From the NCBI GenBank assembly GCA_051294375.1, contig CM119264.1, positions 23,754,858-23,818,857 on the forward strand: DNA of 64,000 nt, in the 5' to 3' direction. The stretch's first letter is position 1. Each line of letters opens with the position of its first letter. Below the pieces are notes generated by a model. The model saw nothing but the letters and a program-made list of their open reading frames with translations. It had not been told where the DNA came from and made no database searches. Origin of the DNA: Paraspadella gotoi (lineage: Eukaryota; Animalia; Chaetognatha). This document shows positions 13,690 through 26,706 of the stretch, piece by piece. A program made the translations under genes and the position numbers.

Positions 13690-15399
13690 TCAGATTGCCT
13701 CAATCTTTCCTGGATGTCGGAAGGATTTGGTTCCATCATGGAACAGTGCAGGTTGCCAGATGTCGGAAGGATTTGGTTCCATCATGGAACAGTGCAGGTT
13801 GCAAATAATATCTTTTTCTGCAATTTCTTTGTTTTTTTGTCTTGCAGTTGAACTTTCGGATGTGACAGAGGGACTTGATGAACTAAGAGAGAGCCTTCTT
13901 GCTGATAGAGTTTGTTGCAGTTCACATTGGCTTCCCCATGTCCTTAATCTGCTTGTTGGTGGACTAGGTAATACTCGTCTTGCTGGGGATCCTTGGGATA
14001 AAGCAGAAATTCTCGCTGCTGATGCCTGTTTGGGCCGCACATCTCTTGTTGATGCAGTCTTGGAAGACTCTTCTGCTGTTACTTTATCTTTACTATTCGC
14101 ATTTTCATTGACTAGTCGCTCAAATAATTTTACTGACTGACCAAGCGTTGCTGCAACTTGATCCTTTGAGATGGATTGGAAGATGCCCAACTCTTGAAGA
14201 AAGAAGGTAATTGTTTCCAATAAGGCACTAACTTGTAATGAAGTTATGCCCTGCTCTTGATTATGGCAGCAAACAGGCTTTTGAAATTCACGGTCTGCTC
14301 GCTCTTTGACTGTAAGAGAGTAGCTTCTAATTGTTGTCTTTTCTGAGGCTTCTTTCTTTTGCTGCTCCTGCAATTCGTGCGCTGATATGTATGAGGGACA
14401 CTTTTTCGAGTTGGATACATGAGCGTCACCACAGTNNNNNNNNNNTATTTCAGAGTTTGGTTTCTCGCAATTTTTGTGACTGTGGGCCTCCCCACATCGC
14501 AAGCACACTATCTCCTTTTTGCAGTTGCCCGTCATGTGACCAAATCCTTGANNNNNNNNNNATTGGATGACCGTAATAGGCCTATAGTCAACACATTTAT
14601 GTCGTTTATAATAGAAATTAGCTCCTTCAGCTATCAGTTTATCCTTTTCTGTTTTAGAGTACAAGGTGACTTTAACATTCACTGTTGGCTGATTCGTGAT
14701 TGCTGATTGGAGACGTGTAGCTGCCCCTGGAGAGTAACCTTGCTCCTTCAGTTTCTCGACTATGTCGTCTGTCAAAATATCTTTGTCAACTCCCCGAATT
14801 ACAATTATTTGAGGGATTGATTTAGAGGACGGAAGACGGGGTGTAAACTGATATTTACTTTTGTCCCAATTTTCGTGTTTAAGAAACGAGTTTAAAGCCG
14901 CGTCATCTTTTCCAAGCAAAAGCAAATCTCCTCCTTTGAGCACTTTTATTTCATCAATGTTAGAATTGCCTTTATAAGACTGCTGTATTACCTCAGCTAG
15001 TTCTTTACGGCTGGTGATCACTTCTGGGCCCAGAGTATGCGNNNNNNNNNNAGCATGACGTGATTTGCGTTGTTCAGTCTCTACCTCCGAGTCTCCAGTT
15101 TTCTCTTGAACCGGATTGGGTTTTGGGCTTTTGCTGCATCGAGTTGGAGACACCATCAGGTCGTCAAGTTTACGTTTACGAAGTCCAGTTTCAGAGTCTG
15201 GAGTGTCTTCTGATTCACACTTTTCTTTAACAGTTTTTAACAGTTTGCTGATCAATTTAGTACGGCATTCTTCGTCGAGATTACTTATATGTTCTTCAAC
15301 TTCATCTCCAGTCAGCTTGTTTTGTTGATCGTTTTGTTCTGACTGATTTGCCCGTGCTGAGCGAGTCCGTGGATGACCTGATTTATTTTTGGCTGGCAT
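13690..15399 (-). CDS. LINE ORF1, gag-like nucleic-acid-binding protein (RRM/PRE_C2HC-like region plus 3 zinc knuckles)
   Basis: 569 aa ORF containing IVIRGV, then Q[xxxx]QGFGHMTGNC, CLRCGEAHSHKNC and [xxxx]CGDAHVSNSKKC, the triple-knuckle spacing typical of Jockey/I ORF1. Confidence 0.9.
   Translation of the reverse strand: MPAKNKSGHPRTRSARANQSEQNDQQNKLTGDEVEEHISNLDEECRTKLISKLLKTVKEKCESEDTPDSETGLRKRKLDDLMVSPTRCSKSPKPNPVQEKTGDSEVETEQRKSRHAXXXXHTLGPEVITSRKELAEVIQQSYKGNSNIDEIKVLKGGDLLLLGKDDAALNSFLKHENWDKSKYQFTPRLPSSKSIPQIIVIRGVDKDILTDDIVEKLKEQGYSPGAATRLQSAITNQPTVNVKVTLYSKTEKDKLIAEGANFYYKRHKCVDYRPITVIQXXXXQGFGHMTGNCKKEIVCLRCGEAHSHKNCEKPNSEIXXXXCGDAHVSNSKKCPSYISAHELQEQQKKEASEKTTIRSYSLTVKERADREFQKPVCCHNQEQGITSLQVSALLETITFFLQELGIFQSISKDQVAATLGQSVKLFERLVNENANSKDKVTAEESSKTASTRDVRPKQASAARISALSQGSPARRVLPSPPTSRLRTWGSQCELQQTLSARRLSLSSSSPSVTSESSTARQKNKEIAEKDIICNLHCSMMEPNPSDIWQPALFHDGTKSFRHPGKIEAI
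13713..13802. repeat. 46-bp tandem duplication near the ORF1 3' end
   Basis: gatgtcggaaggatttggttccatcatggaacagtgcaggttgc occurs at 13713 and 13759. Confidence 0.95.
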
Positions 15400-15761
15400 C
15401 CCAGGTCCGCTGGACTCACCGACTAACGATGAGTCACCAAGATTTAAGCAGTTTTTATAATTTTTGTTTATTTCTTAAACGTAGTTTAGATTAATTCACA
15501 GAGTTTATTTGGCCTTCTTGAATATAGAAATCCGCCTGTGGGGGCCAAGGCCCACACAGTTTATTTTATTTTTTTAATTGTTTAATTTTTCCCAAGTCCA
15601 GGTTTTTCGCAAAAAATTCAGATAAATTCGGAGCGTGCGTCCAGTTTCGATCGAGTTCAGANNNNNNNNNNNNNNNNNNNNNNNNNNNNNNNNNNNNNNN
15701 NNNNNNNNNNNNNNNNNNNNNNNNNNNNNNNNNNNNNNNNNNNNNNNNNNNNNNNNNNNNN

Positions 15762-15937
15762 GAGCCTGACCCGGCTTCGCCGGTCAAGGCTCGATAACAA
15801 AGAGATGAAGAAATACGACGATGTGGGAGGATGGAATCGAGAACAGAAACAATGCACTATGAGAATTAGTTCACGAAGACAATGTGACATGAACTCGTTC
15901 CGAAATTTAAAATTAATGGCCAAACGAAAACTGGCCG

Positions 15938-15974
<37 letters not shown>

Positions 15975-17135
15975 NNNNNNNNNNNNNNNNNNNNNNNNNN
16001 NNNNNNNNNNNNNNNNNNNNNNNNNNNNNNNNNNNNNNNNNNNNNNNNNNNNNNNNNNNNNNNNNNNNNNNNNNNNNNNNNNNNNNNNNNNNNNNNNNNN
16101 NNNAAAAATTTAAAGTGCCGATCCGAGTATGAATTCACGAAAGTGACGAGCGAGTCTTGACTCTCGACTCGGGACGCTTGACCCAGAATACAGACTGTAT
16201 TTGTATTGCTTTCTCTCTCTTTTAACGGCTATAGATGCGCCTTCTGTTTCTCTTTCTTTCTCTCTTTATCTCTCTTTCTTTCTTTCCCTCCCTCTCATTC
16301 ACGCACTCTGCCAATCNNNNNNNNNNNNNNNNNNNNNNNNNNNNNNNNNNNNNNNNNNNNNNNNNNNNNNNNNNNNNNNNNNNNNNNNNNNNNNNNNNNN
16401 NNNNNNNNNNNNNNNNNNNNNNNNNNNNNNNNNNNNNNNNNNNNNNNNNNNNNNNNNNNNNNNNNNNNNNNNNNNNNNNNNNNNNNNNNNNNNNNNNNNN
16501 NNNNNNNNNNNNNNNNNNNNNNNNNNNNNNNNNNNCTCTCTCTCTCTCTCTCTCTCCCTCTCCCTGCCATTCCCGGTCACATCACAACGAACTCGTTCAG
16601 GCCTTAGGGTCACCATCACCTATCGAGTATAAAACTCTCTGGGTGTTATTCGACTCTTGTTTTACTACTAAATTTCTGAGACATCATATTTTAAAAATCT
16701 TATACGGCTCAACTTTCAAATACTGGTAAATAACATGTAAACTAAAGTACCACGTTTATTTTTTTTACATTCTCTTGACCATTACCGTTGCTTCAGGTTT
16801 CTGCTTATATATATATTTAAATATTACTTTAAATTTATTTTATATTTATTTTAAGTTTTTAATCAATTGTTTTCATTGTATTCATTGGTGAAAATTATCT
16901 TTGCCCATCTAGTATTAGTAAAACGAAAAAGGTAAAACGAATTAGCTTATAGATTAAAAATTAAAGTAAAAACGAACCGTCCTACCGATAGATGGCACCT
17001 TCTCCGGCAATCAAGAAAACTTGCCTGGAATTGAACTGTTTTTGGCTTAGCATTTTATTTTTTTTCTTCTCCGAAAAACTTCAAGCATCGCCTGCCTTCT
17101 TTATTCACCTTTCCTCTTTACCCCGCCCGATGAAA
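15762..17135. repeat. Block B, duplicated (insertion-rich copy) at ~22595-24760
   Basis: Collinear match, e.g. cctgacccggc..aacagaaacaatgcactatgagaat..ccagaatacagactgtat..cattaccgttgcttcaggttt. Confidence 0.88.
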
Positions 17136-20039
17136 GAAAGAGAGAGAGTGAGAGAGAAAGAGAGAGAGAGAAAGAGAGCCAAATTTCCTCTCCCCTTTTT
17201 TTTTTCTTTTTCGAGACGAAATTCTTTTAAAAAAAACTTTTTTTCCCTTTTGATCTGCAAGCTGAGACTTTTTTTCTCAAATTGAATGATTTATCTTTAG
17301 TTAAGTCCGCGCAACTTCATTCGCATGTTCAATGTTTCATTCTGCGGCATGAAGCTTTTTTCTCCTCGTCGTCGTTGTCGTCGTTGTCTCACGTTGTCCG
17401 CGTGAAGGAGGGCCGGACGGTGACGGGCATAAAGGGCGAGGTAGGGAGGTAAGGGGGGAGGTAATACTAAAGACGACAAAGTTGTATACTTGTCAATGTC
17501 TTCCGGTCTCGTCTTCATGATCACGCATCACCGAAATTTAGACTAAGAGCATTTTCCTGAAAGGAAATTGTAAAAAAAAGGTCGGAAAGTTAATATCCAT
17601 TTTCACACTCTGACTGTATATCTTTGTAATCTATCAAATGTTTTTTCTTTTATTTAATTTTGTAAACTAATTAAAATCATAACTCCTCCGACAGGAACTG
17701 CTTTATTAATCAAAGAATTAAAAAGTGAGCATGAATAAATAAACTGGAAAAGTGGGCCATTTGACTTAACTTGGGCTTCGAAAGAACAAAAAATGGCCTC
17801 TTTAAAAACAAGCGAGGGAAAATCCACCCCGAAGTCGGTCGCTGGGAATTGAAGACCCCATCCCACCGAATTTAATGCGAGACGCCGCGATCAGAATTCC
17901 TCCACTTCATCTTCCCTTTTCCTTTTCCCTTTTCATTCCTTTTTTTCCTTTTCTTTTCTTTTTTTTTTCGCCCTTCACGCTCCTTCTCGGCCATCCTTTT
18001 CCCCGAGCTTTCCTCTCGTCGCTCTTACAGTTTTCACAGACGTAGATACAAACGTTCAACTTTTTCTCGACCTTCGCCTGTCAATACTGTATTTAGTTTT
18101 TATTTTCCCTTGACACCAATCTATATTTTCCTTTTTACCTTCCTTTTTTTTCTCCTTTTTCCTAAAACCCCCTTACACGGCTACTTTCTTCACCTTCTCC
18201 TCCTCTCCTTCCCTCTTCCTCCTCCCTCCTCCTCCCCCGCTCAGAACCCGGCGGGGAAATATCGGCTTCGAGCTCGAGAGAAAGAAACGAAAGCCACCGA
18301 GATAGGATCGAGAAAGCGTTTATGGGAAGGGTAAGGGGGAAGGGAAAAGGAAAGGGAAAGGGAATGAATCATTCCATCGTAAATAAACAACAATGCGTGT
18401 ATGAAATGAAAGAGAGAGAGAGAGAAGAGAGGAGATAGAGAGAGAGAAAGAGAGAGAGAGGCTGGGTCAGTTTTCACTCTCGTTTATATAAGAATAATCA
18501 GAATTTTTAGAAAAAAAATCCTTACGAAAATCTCGGAGTAAATGGATTTTTGTATTGAAGAAAAAAAAGCGTCCGGAATAAATGGCGGGATATAAAAGAA
18601 AGAAAAAAAAAAAAAAGAAGACGAGAGAGAGAGAGAGAGGACGAGAGAGAGAGACGAAAGAGAGAGAGAGAGAGAGACGAGATGAGAGAGAGAGAGAGAG
18701 AGAAGAGAGAGAGAAGATTAGAGAGAAGCTGTTGGACCGCCCTGCAAGCTGAACTCGTTTTTCGACGTATCTGGTTAGGACGAACTCTTTTCCTTTCTAA
18801 TATTTTTTTTACTTATCAAAAAAAAATAAGTCCTCATCTTAAAAAAGTTAATCTTGAATGAAATTTAGATTGTTCTTTTTTTTAAGAAGAAAACCAGACG
18901 AGTCAAATTTCACATTTGTATATTTAACTAATTTATAAATATATTATTCCAACTCAAATAATTATTATTTTAAAAAAGGATAAAATGATTAAATATATAC
19001 ACTAAAAAATTTACCAAATTAAAATTGTAAAAAATTATATAGTAATAACAAAACAGTAATGTTTAATTTGACTATATTCTCTCTTCTCTCAACTTCCCTA
19101 TTTTAGAATATATTTGCCAATAGTGGGCCGACCGGTCCCAAAGTTACAGTAATAAACAAAAAACAAAAAATTTTTTTTTTTTTTTTTTAAAATGATCTTT
19201 AACGTTCTACAATGGAGCCAAAGAAAAGTTTTGATTTGGAGTGATAAATGTCATTTGCGAAACTTATTCTCAACTTGACGAGTTAATTTAAAAGTTAGTA
19301 AAAGTAGGCATTATGAAGAGAAAGGGGGAAAACAAGCATACTTAAAATGTTAGTTTAACTAATGACGTGTGGAGGCCATCTGGGAGCAAATTACTGTACT
19401 CTGATACTTCTACTATTGTTCAGATCTTCTATCATTGGCGCCAGGTTACAATCTATAATTTCTGGACAGCCATACCATGGATTATGCCTATGTAGGAAGA
19501 CGGTGATGCTTATGATCTTTCTGTGTGTAGCACGTTGGAAAGATCATATTTTGACTCACTTTCGAAAGTGGTTGTTAAGACTATGGGAGAAAATTGCAGG
19601 TGTTGCACACTGTCAAATTTGCATGATAAGCTAAGTAGATAACCGAGAGGATACTTAGCTTAATGGGACAATGGGGTTAAAGTGAGGTTAGAAATAAATT
19701 TAGGATTATTTTTAAGCATCTGTATATTCAAGATGAGGAGCACAGAGGATTAGGAATGTTGAGTCGGCGGCTCTTGAAGACTGTGGAAAATATTTGTTAT
19801 TCATCTGAAAAAGGATTTAGAACAAGTATGGTGGCCAAATTAGAGTTGGCAGATTGGGAATTTTAAAAAAAGAATCTTATTGCCGGTAATGTACTGGGCT
19901 ACATTAAATGATGGATGGGCTGTAGAGTGGGGGGGAACTTACATTAACAGGCTTAAAATTGCGACTATTGGAACTTATTTTAATCAAGAGGGTATCTCGT
20001 ATGGGGTATTGGCTTATTGCAGCGGTATTGAGGGACCAC

Positions 20040-20290
20040 ATATCTAATCTTGTGTTTATTAGCGTCTTGTTTGTTATTATTAATATAGGTTTTGACCCAG
20101 TATTTATAGCCATCTCATTTTGTTTTAGCTCTCTTTGTTTTAATTACGTCTTTTGTTTTTTATTATCTTTCTGTTTATCTAGCGTTTTTTTTATGTTTTT
20201 ATTAGTGTCTTTCGGTTTTTAGCCGTCTTTGTTTTTATTAGTGTCTTTCTGTTTTTGCTCTTTTTGTTTTATTAGTGTCTTTCTGTTGAT
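20040..20290. repeat. Degenerate T-rich tandem repeat (tttattagtgtctttctgtttt-like)
   Basis: The motif recurs about 7 times. Confidence 0.7.
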
Positions 20291-23200
20291 TATTTATTAA
20301 AAATAATGGTGTATGCTGTTGTATATTATATATATATATTATATTGATTGTAGTTTTTATTCTATTAATAGCATGCTCGGTCACCTCTGCCCTTTACTTT
20401 AAGCACCCATTGTAATTATAAATTTTTGTATTATGTTATACCACTAAGCATTAAATACTTATAATGACCGTTTATAAAATAAAACCATGAACGTTTACGT
20501 TTTTTGTTTAAAAAAAAAAAAATATAGGCAATTAAATTAATCGCGCAATTGCCGGCACATCTATTACAGGTATATTACAGCAGCAAGCTGACCTGCTACA
20601 TGTGACATTGCTCGCATTATAAAGTTATTTTTCCTTTTTCTAAAATGAATCCACGAAAATCTCTGGAGTAAATTTTGGGGAATTTTTGTTAAGAGGAAAA
20701 AAAATAAATGGCGATAACTAAAAGTTTTTAGAAGGAAAAAAATTAATAAAGAATTTTTTTCAAAAAAAAACGAACACGATCGTACATAGAGAGAAGAAGA
20801 CAGAGAGACGAGAGATGAGAGGAGAGAGAGAAAAGAAGCTGAACAGAGCCGGAACTCGTCTTACTCTTTGCTCGTCGCGCCCTCAAAAGTGAAAAAAAAA
20901 GTGACTAAAAAACTTTTTTTGTAAAAAAAAAAAAAAAATAGGAGAGAGAGAAAAGAGAGACGAGAGAGAGAGTGGAGAGAGAGGAGAAGAGAGGAAGCCG
21001 GACCGGAACTCGTTTAATCGTTTACTCACGCGCAGATAGTGACGCTGCGTGAAAAAAAACGTGACTAAAAATTATTTTTTTGCCACAAAAAAGAGATAGA
21101 AAGAGAGAAAGAGAGGAGAGAGACAGATAGAGAAGATAGAGAGAGAGACAGAAAGAAAGAGGAGAGAGAGAGTGGAAAGTTTTCGCCAACGATTACGCCA
21201 TTTAGGTCACTCTTGTTTATATCGGCGTTTGATCTCGGTCAAGTTGATTTTTTTTTATACAACGTAACAGTTTCCGTTGCCATCAAAAACGCGTTATTAG
21301 CGTCATGTTCCTCGCCATTGTTTACAACGTAAAGTTATTCTTCACATTTTCTCCAAAAAAATCCACGAAAGATCTCAGATTGTAAATTGTGGCGATTTTG
21401 ATTGAGAAAAAAGAGCGCGGAATAAAGGCGGGATAATTAACAAGTTTTTAGAAGGAAAGAATAATTAAGAATCTTTTCAAAAAACGGCTGCTGTGGGACC
21501 TTTTAAAAAAAAGTATAATTTTTTTTTTAATTAAAAAAAAAAAAAGAGAGAGAGCAGAGAGAGAAGAGATGAGAGAGAGAGGTGAGGGAGGGGAGACGGA
21601 AGGGAGGCGAACGGAGGCGAGACGAGGAGGAGAGACGAGAGCCTGAACTCTTTTTTTTAAACGATTTCAGAAGAAGAAAAGGGAAGCGGCCACCTGCATC
21701 AAATATATATGCTTTTTTAAAAAGGAAAAAAAATGATCAGAATTTTTCCAAAACGAACGATCACGCACAGAGATCGTACAGAGAGAAGACAGACGCACAC
21801 AATAAGCAGACAGGAGAGAGACTGAACCGTTTATTAAACCGATTCAGAAAAACGGCCAGAGTGCCTCGAAAAAAAAATATATTTTTAATTAAAAAAAATA
21901 AATTAAAAGAAGGCAAAAAATGTTTTAAAATGGTTTACAATCTGAAATTTCTAATTTTTTCCAATCGGCCCCCAGCCCTTCGTCTAAATTTATTTATCTC
22001 GATGTATTTAAAATTAAGAATAGCTTCTCATGAAAAAATCCTCTTGAGGTGCCATTTCTCTTTATATTAGAAATTTAAAAAAAAATTTTTTTTCTTTTTG
22101 GAAGTCATTTCATTCTCAAAGCCCACACTCGAAATCACACCGAAATATCTATATTTACTGCATCGTAATTGTTAAATTAGAATTAAAGCCATTCTATTAT
22201 ACTAATCTTGCGAATATCTATAATCGCATTACGTCATAATCTCAATTTGCATTATTGCACAGTAAAAGTAAATCATAAATGAAGCTGCGAAATTCAAACA
22301 AAAAATATTTAAACTCAAATGTAATAAGAAAATATCAACGCTCATTTCCAAAAGATCGAGAAGCCATATCTAATTCTTTAACTTCTATGATCGCACACCT
22401 GTCTGTTCTTTTTTAAAACTTTAATCATAATTCATAATAATTTTTTATTGAAAAAAAAAAAAAAAACCTATAAGTTCAACGAGCCAAACCTATAAAGCCC
22501 GTAAGTAGTTTTATATATTGAAAACAGCGCTGGACGGACACGACGACGACGACGACCGGTCACAAAGAAGCAACCCTAAAACATTTATAGAGCTCGCCGC
22601 CTGACCCGGCCTTCGCCGGTCCAAAGCTCGTAACCAAAGAGAGGATGAAGAAAATACGACGACCTGTGGAAGCGAATTGCGAATCGGAGTCAACAGAAAC
22701 AATGCACTATGAGAATAGTTCACAGAACGACAATTCGTGACATGCCAACTCATATGCCGCCTTCCGAAATTTTAAAATTAATGGCCTAAACGAAAACGCC
22801 GATAGAACGAGAAAGATAAAGAAAAGGAGAGAGCCGAGAGGAGAGGAGACGAGAGAGAGAGAGGATGAAGATGAGATGATGACCTACGGGTGGACGAAGG
22901 CAAGAGAGAGATGAGAAAAAAAAATTTAAAGATGCCGATCCGAGTAGATCGAAGTTCACGAAAAGTGATACTCAGGATTTTGACAAACAAACGAGCCGCC
23001 GCGGACGACGGAACGCTGCGGCGAACACTGAGTCTCTTCCTTGTGTGGCGGAACCTCTCGACTACCCAGTGGCCGGACGCCTGACCCAGAATACAGACTG
23101 TATTGGTATTGCTTTCTCTCTCTTTTAACGGCTATAGAGTTTAGTATGATCACCCTCTACAGAATTGTGGCTGCCAAATGATCTGCCCACTTAATCGCCC

Positions 23201-25907
23201 CTGTGCGGTCGCTGCATGCCTGCAATAAGATATAAGAGATCTCCTGTGGACCCTTCTGTATTATCTTCCTTTCTCTCTTTATCTCTCTTTCTTTCTTCCC
23301 TCCCTCATCAACTCACGGCACTTACGCCCCAATCTCTCGCCTCTCTATAGCCTTTGTCTGCCCCACCCCAAGTGGAAAAAAACAAGAGAACCGGCAGGAC
23401 CGCGCGGCTATATATGGTCCATCAATTCCAGACGCATTCCTTGGCATTCTCCGGCGCCAGCGTTATCAAGCTACGTATCATCCTCCCCCCCGTTTTCTCA
23501 TTCATTCGTCACTCTCTACCTCTCTCTCTCTCTCTCCTCGTTTCGTGCGCCTCTCTCCACCTGACCTCTTCTCTCTTCCGCTCAATATCTCTGTCCCACT
23601 CCTCTGCTTCTCTCTTCTCTCTCGTCCCTCTCTGGCACACTGTCCTCCCCATGCTGGCTCTCGACCCGTGGCCACATTCACCGCCCTGATCCCGGGCGAG
23701 TTCACTTCACAACTCCGAGACACACTCGTCCACCGGCGCGCGCCTTCAGCCTGCGTTCACCCCGTACCCACCGGCCACCAGATCACCAAGTTATCCGGAT
23801 GTATCAATTGACCTTTAAAATAAAATTAAAACAATAATCAAAAAAGAAAAAAAAAAACTCTCTCCGCCGCTTGACGCAACGCCCGGCGATCTCCCTACCC
23901 CATATCTCGTCGCTGCTAGTTGTAATCTCTATCCTCCCTTCCTGAATTTTTCTTTCTGCTCTCTTGTTATCCGATACGCCCCTCCTTTGTTTTCTTATTT
24001 TCTTATCTTTCTGTAGAGATACAGCAGCAGACCCTCAGCGCCACACTTACTCTAAACTTTCGAACATCATATTATTCAAAAATCTTATACGGCCCTCAAG
24101 ACCTGTTCAACACAATACTGGTAACATAAGCACTTGTAAACCTTAAAACGAAACACGGAGTCTTCCCGGTCGAACGCTCCTTGAACCACGTTTATTTCTT
24201 TTTTTCTTTACCCATTTTTCTCCCTTGCCCTCACCTTACACATTACCGTTGCTTCAGGTTTCGCGTATACCCCAGTAGCGGCCTGCTACATATAATAAAT
24301 CATCTTTTCTTTAAAATCATTACTTTTATCTCCTTTTAAATTTATTTTTTATATTTATTTTTAAGTTTTTAATCACATATGCTTCCTTCGATCTGCTATT
24401 CACTTTGGTCTTGTTTGAAAAATCTATCTAACTTGCCTCCCCGATCCATCCTACGTATTAGTTTAAACCGAAAAAAGGTTTCTTTTTGTCTAAAAACAAC
24501 GAATTATGCCCTTTAATCCGCATAGAACATTATTAAATTTTTTAAATTCAACAGGGGGCTAAAAACGAAACCCCGTTTCCTACATAGAGTGTGCGCACCT
24601 CTCTCCGGCAATCAAAAAGAAAACTTCCGGAACATCTTGAACTGTTTTTGGCGCCCACCTTAGCATCTTATTTTTTTCCTTCTCCACGAACCACAACTTC
24701 ACAGCATCGCCCTGCCTTCTTTATTCACCTTTTACCTCTCTAACCCCGCCCGAATGAAGAAAGAGAGACGACGCAGAGAGAAGACAAAAAGACGTGAGAG
24801 AGGAGAACAGACAAGATAGAGAGAAGACGAGCGAAAAATGGGCGAGAGGATAGAGAGATGAGCAGTGAGACGGAGAGAGAGAACGGAGAGCGGAGCACAG
24901 AGAGAAGGGCCGGGAGAGAGATCACCCTGACCCGAGACGAGACGGTCGAGACGAGAGAGAGAAGGAAAGGGAGGAGGAGATGTGAGAGAGAGCAGCAAAG
25001 TGCGAGAGAGAGTGAAGAGAGAGAGAAAGGCAGGGGGAGACGAGCGCAGAGTGAGGAGCAAGAACAGAGACGGCCGATGACACCAGGGTCGACGAGGACA
25101 CCGGGCAGAGGCCGACCAGGCCGACGGCGGGCAGGACGGAGCACGTGACGAGAGAGAGACTAGGTACGCACAGAAGAGAGAGAGGTGGATGGGACGAGGA
25201 GAGAGAGTTGACGAGAGAGAGAAAGTCGAGCAGCGAGAGACGAGAGAAAAGNNNNNNNNNNNNNNNNNNNNNNNNNAGAGAGAGTGAGAGAGAGAGAAAG
25301 GGAGAGAGAGTGAGAGCTGGTCGTCGCAAATCAACTTTTTGACTCGTTCCCTCCTTTTCTTCCCAACTTCGACTTTTATGGGCAGTTTTTTCAAAGTTAA
25401 ACGGTCATTTTGGGCGAGTGAGGAACGCGGCTGGCGCGGCTGGCGCGGCGGATGCGGATGCGCCGAACCATCGCCGGTGAAATGTGGTCGTTCGGTTCTG
25501 AGGGCTGCGGAGCCAGGTCTCAATTGACGGGTGGATCACTCCGGGTTTTCTCAGGATTAATTCTGAATCGATTTTTAATCTTTTTAATAAACCGTCAAAT
25601 AAAATAAGATAAGCAGAAAGAACCCTGTTCTGAAAGGAAAAAGGATCTTATAACGACTACAAACTATTTTATACTGTCTTACTTTGAATTAAAATAATTA
25701 TGAGCCGTGAATTTACATTAAAAACCATTTCTCGTGTAAAACCGAAGACCAATATATCAAAATACAAAGCTCATTTCTACCGTCAGTCCATGGAGAAATA
25801 AAAGCAATTAAAATTCGCTTTGCAATTTTAGTCAGCTCACTAATGCTTTGTCGGTAAAATGCTGTGGTCTGCATCGTGGTCACTGTCTGTCTCTGTCTGT
25901 CGGTCTG

Positions 25908-25939
<32 letters not shown>

Positions 25940-26049
25940 GTTTTCCCCCTTCATATTTTCCCGTCATCTCTTTCATTAGCAGAGTCGCCCGCGGACTATC
26001 TTCACTTCTTTTACGCTCATCAACTCCTCTTCTTCGTTTTTACTTCTAG

Positions 26050-26112
<63 letters not shown>

Positions 26113-26356
26113 GCGTCTGTCTCTTTTTATTATGAAACCCAAGTCGTTGAGAAAATTTTCTTGATTCCAACACTCCTTTCTATTCCTTGCATCTATTTGA
26201 TGGCATTTTTGCTGATTGCATTTCCGAATTGTATTTTCCGAATTGATTTGTCGAACGCGGAAGTTGACAGGATAGAGGCTTGTCTTTGTGAAATATATTT
26301 TGTATGATTTTAGGATGCATGTTGCTTGTTTAATAAATATATTAATATATATATTA

Positions 26357-26498
26357 AAAGCTTGCAGGGACCTGCTATGTCATTATCTTGTAAGAGTGAT
26401 GGAGGCCTTAAACCACCAAAGCCTGTCCAAAGTCAGGGACAAGATAGCTTATTTATTAAATGAATGGATAATTTTTATATTGGTTGTACCAATTTCAT
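26357..26498 (+). mobile_element. 3' fragment of retroelement-like family X
   Basis: Reverse complement of 35303-35445; same 3' end (caatttcat). Confidence 0.8.
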
Positions 26499-26706
26499 AT
26501 ATAATATATATTTTTCATTTATAGTTCATCCAAATGTACCTTTCGAACGCTCCTCCTCAAGAGACGAATGAAGCGAAAACGTCTTTGTCTTTTCCGTCGT
26601 TGTTGTTGTTCGCCTTTTGACTAATCAGCGTCGTCGTTAGAAGCGACGTCCAAATCTATTCGTCAACCCTCGTTTTAAATACGTGGTCAGAACGTTTACT
26701 AACAAC

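Larger units (their letters stand above)
10576..15661 (-). mobile_element. Near full-length non-LTR retrotransposon (LINE, APE-type; Jockey/I-group-like), probably defective copy
   Basis: About 260 bp 5'UTR, ORF1 with three CCHC knuckles, ORF2 with APE+RT, and a 3'UTR ending in (TATC)n abutting (TC)n. The 5' boundary is hidden by an N gap. Confidence 0.93.

Noticed and set aside
14436-14561. Loss of zinc-knuckle cysteines in ORF1
   Set aside because: Those codons fall in 10-N gaps; this is missing data, not mutation.
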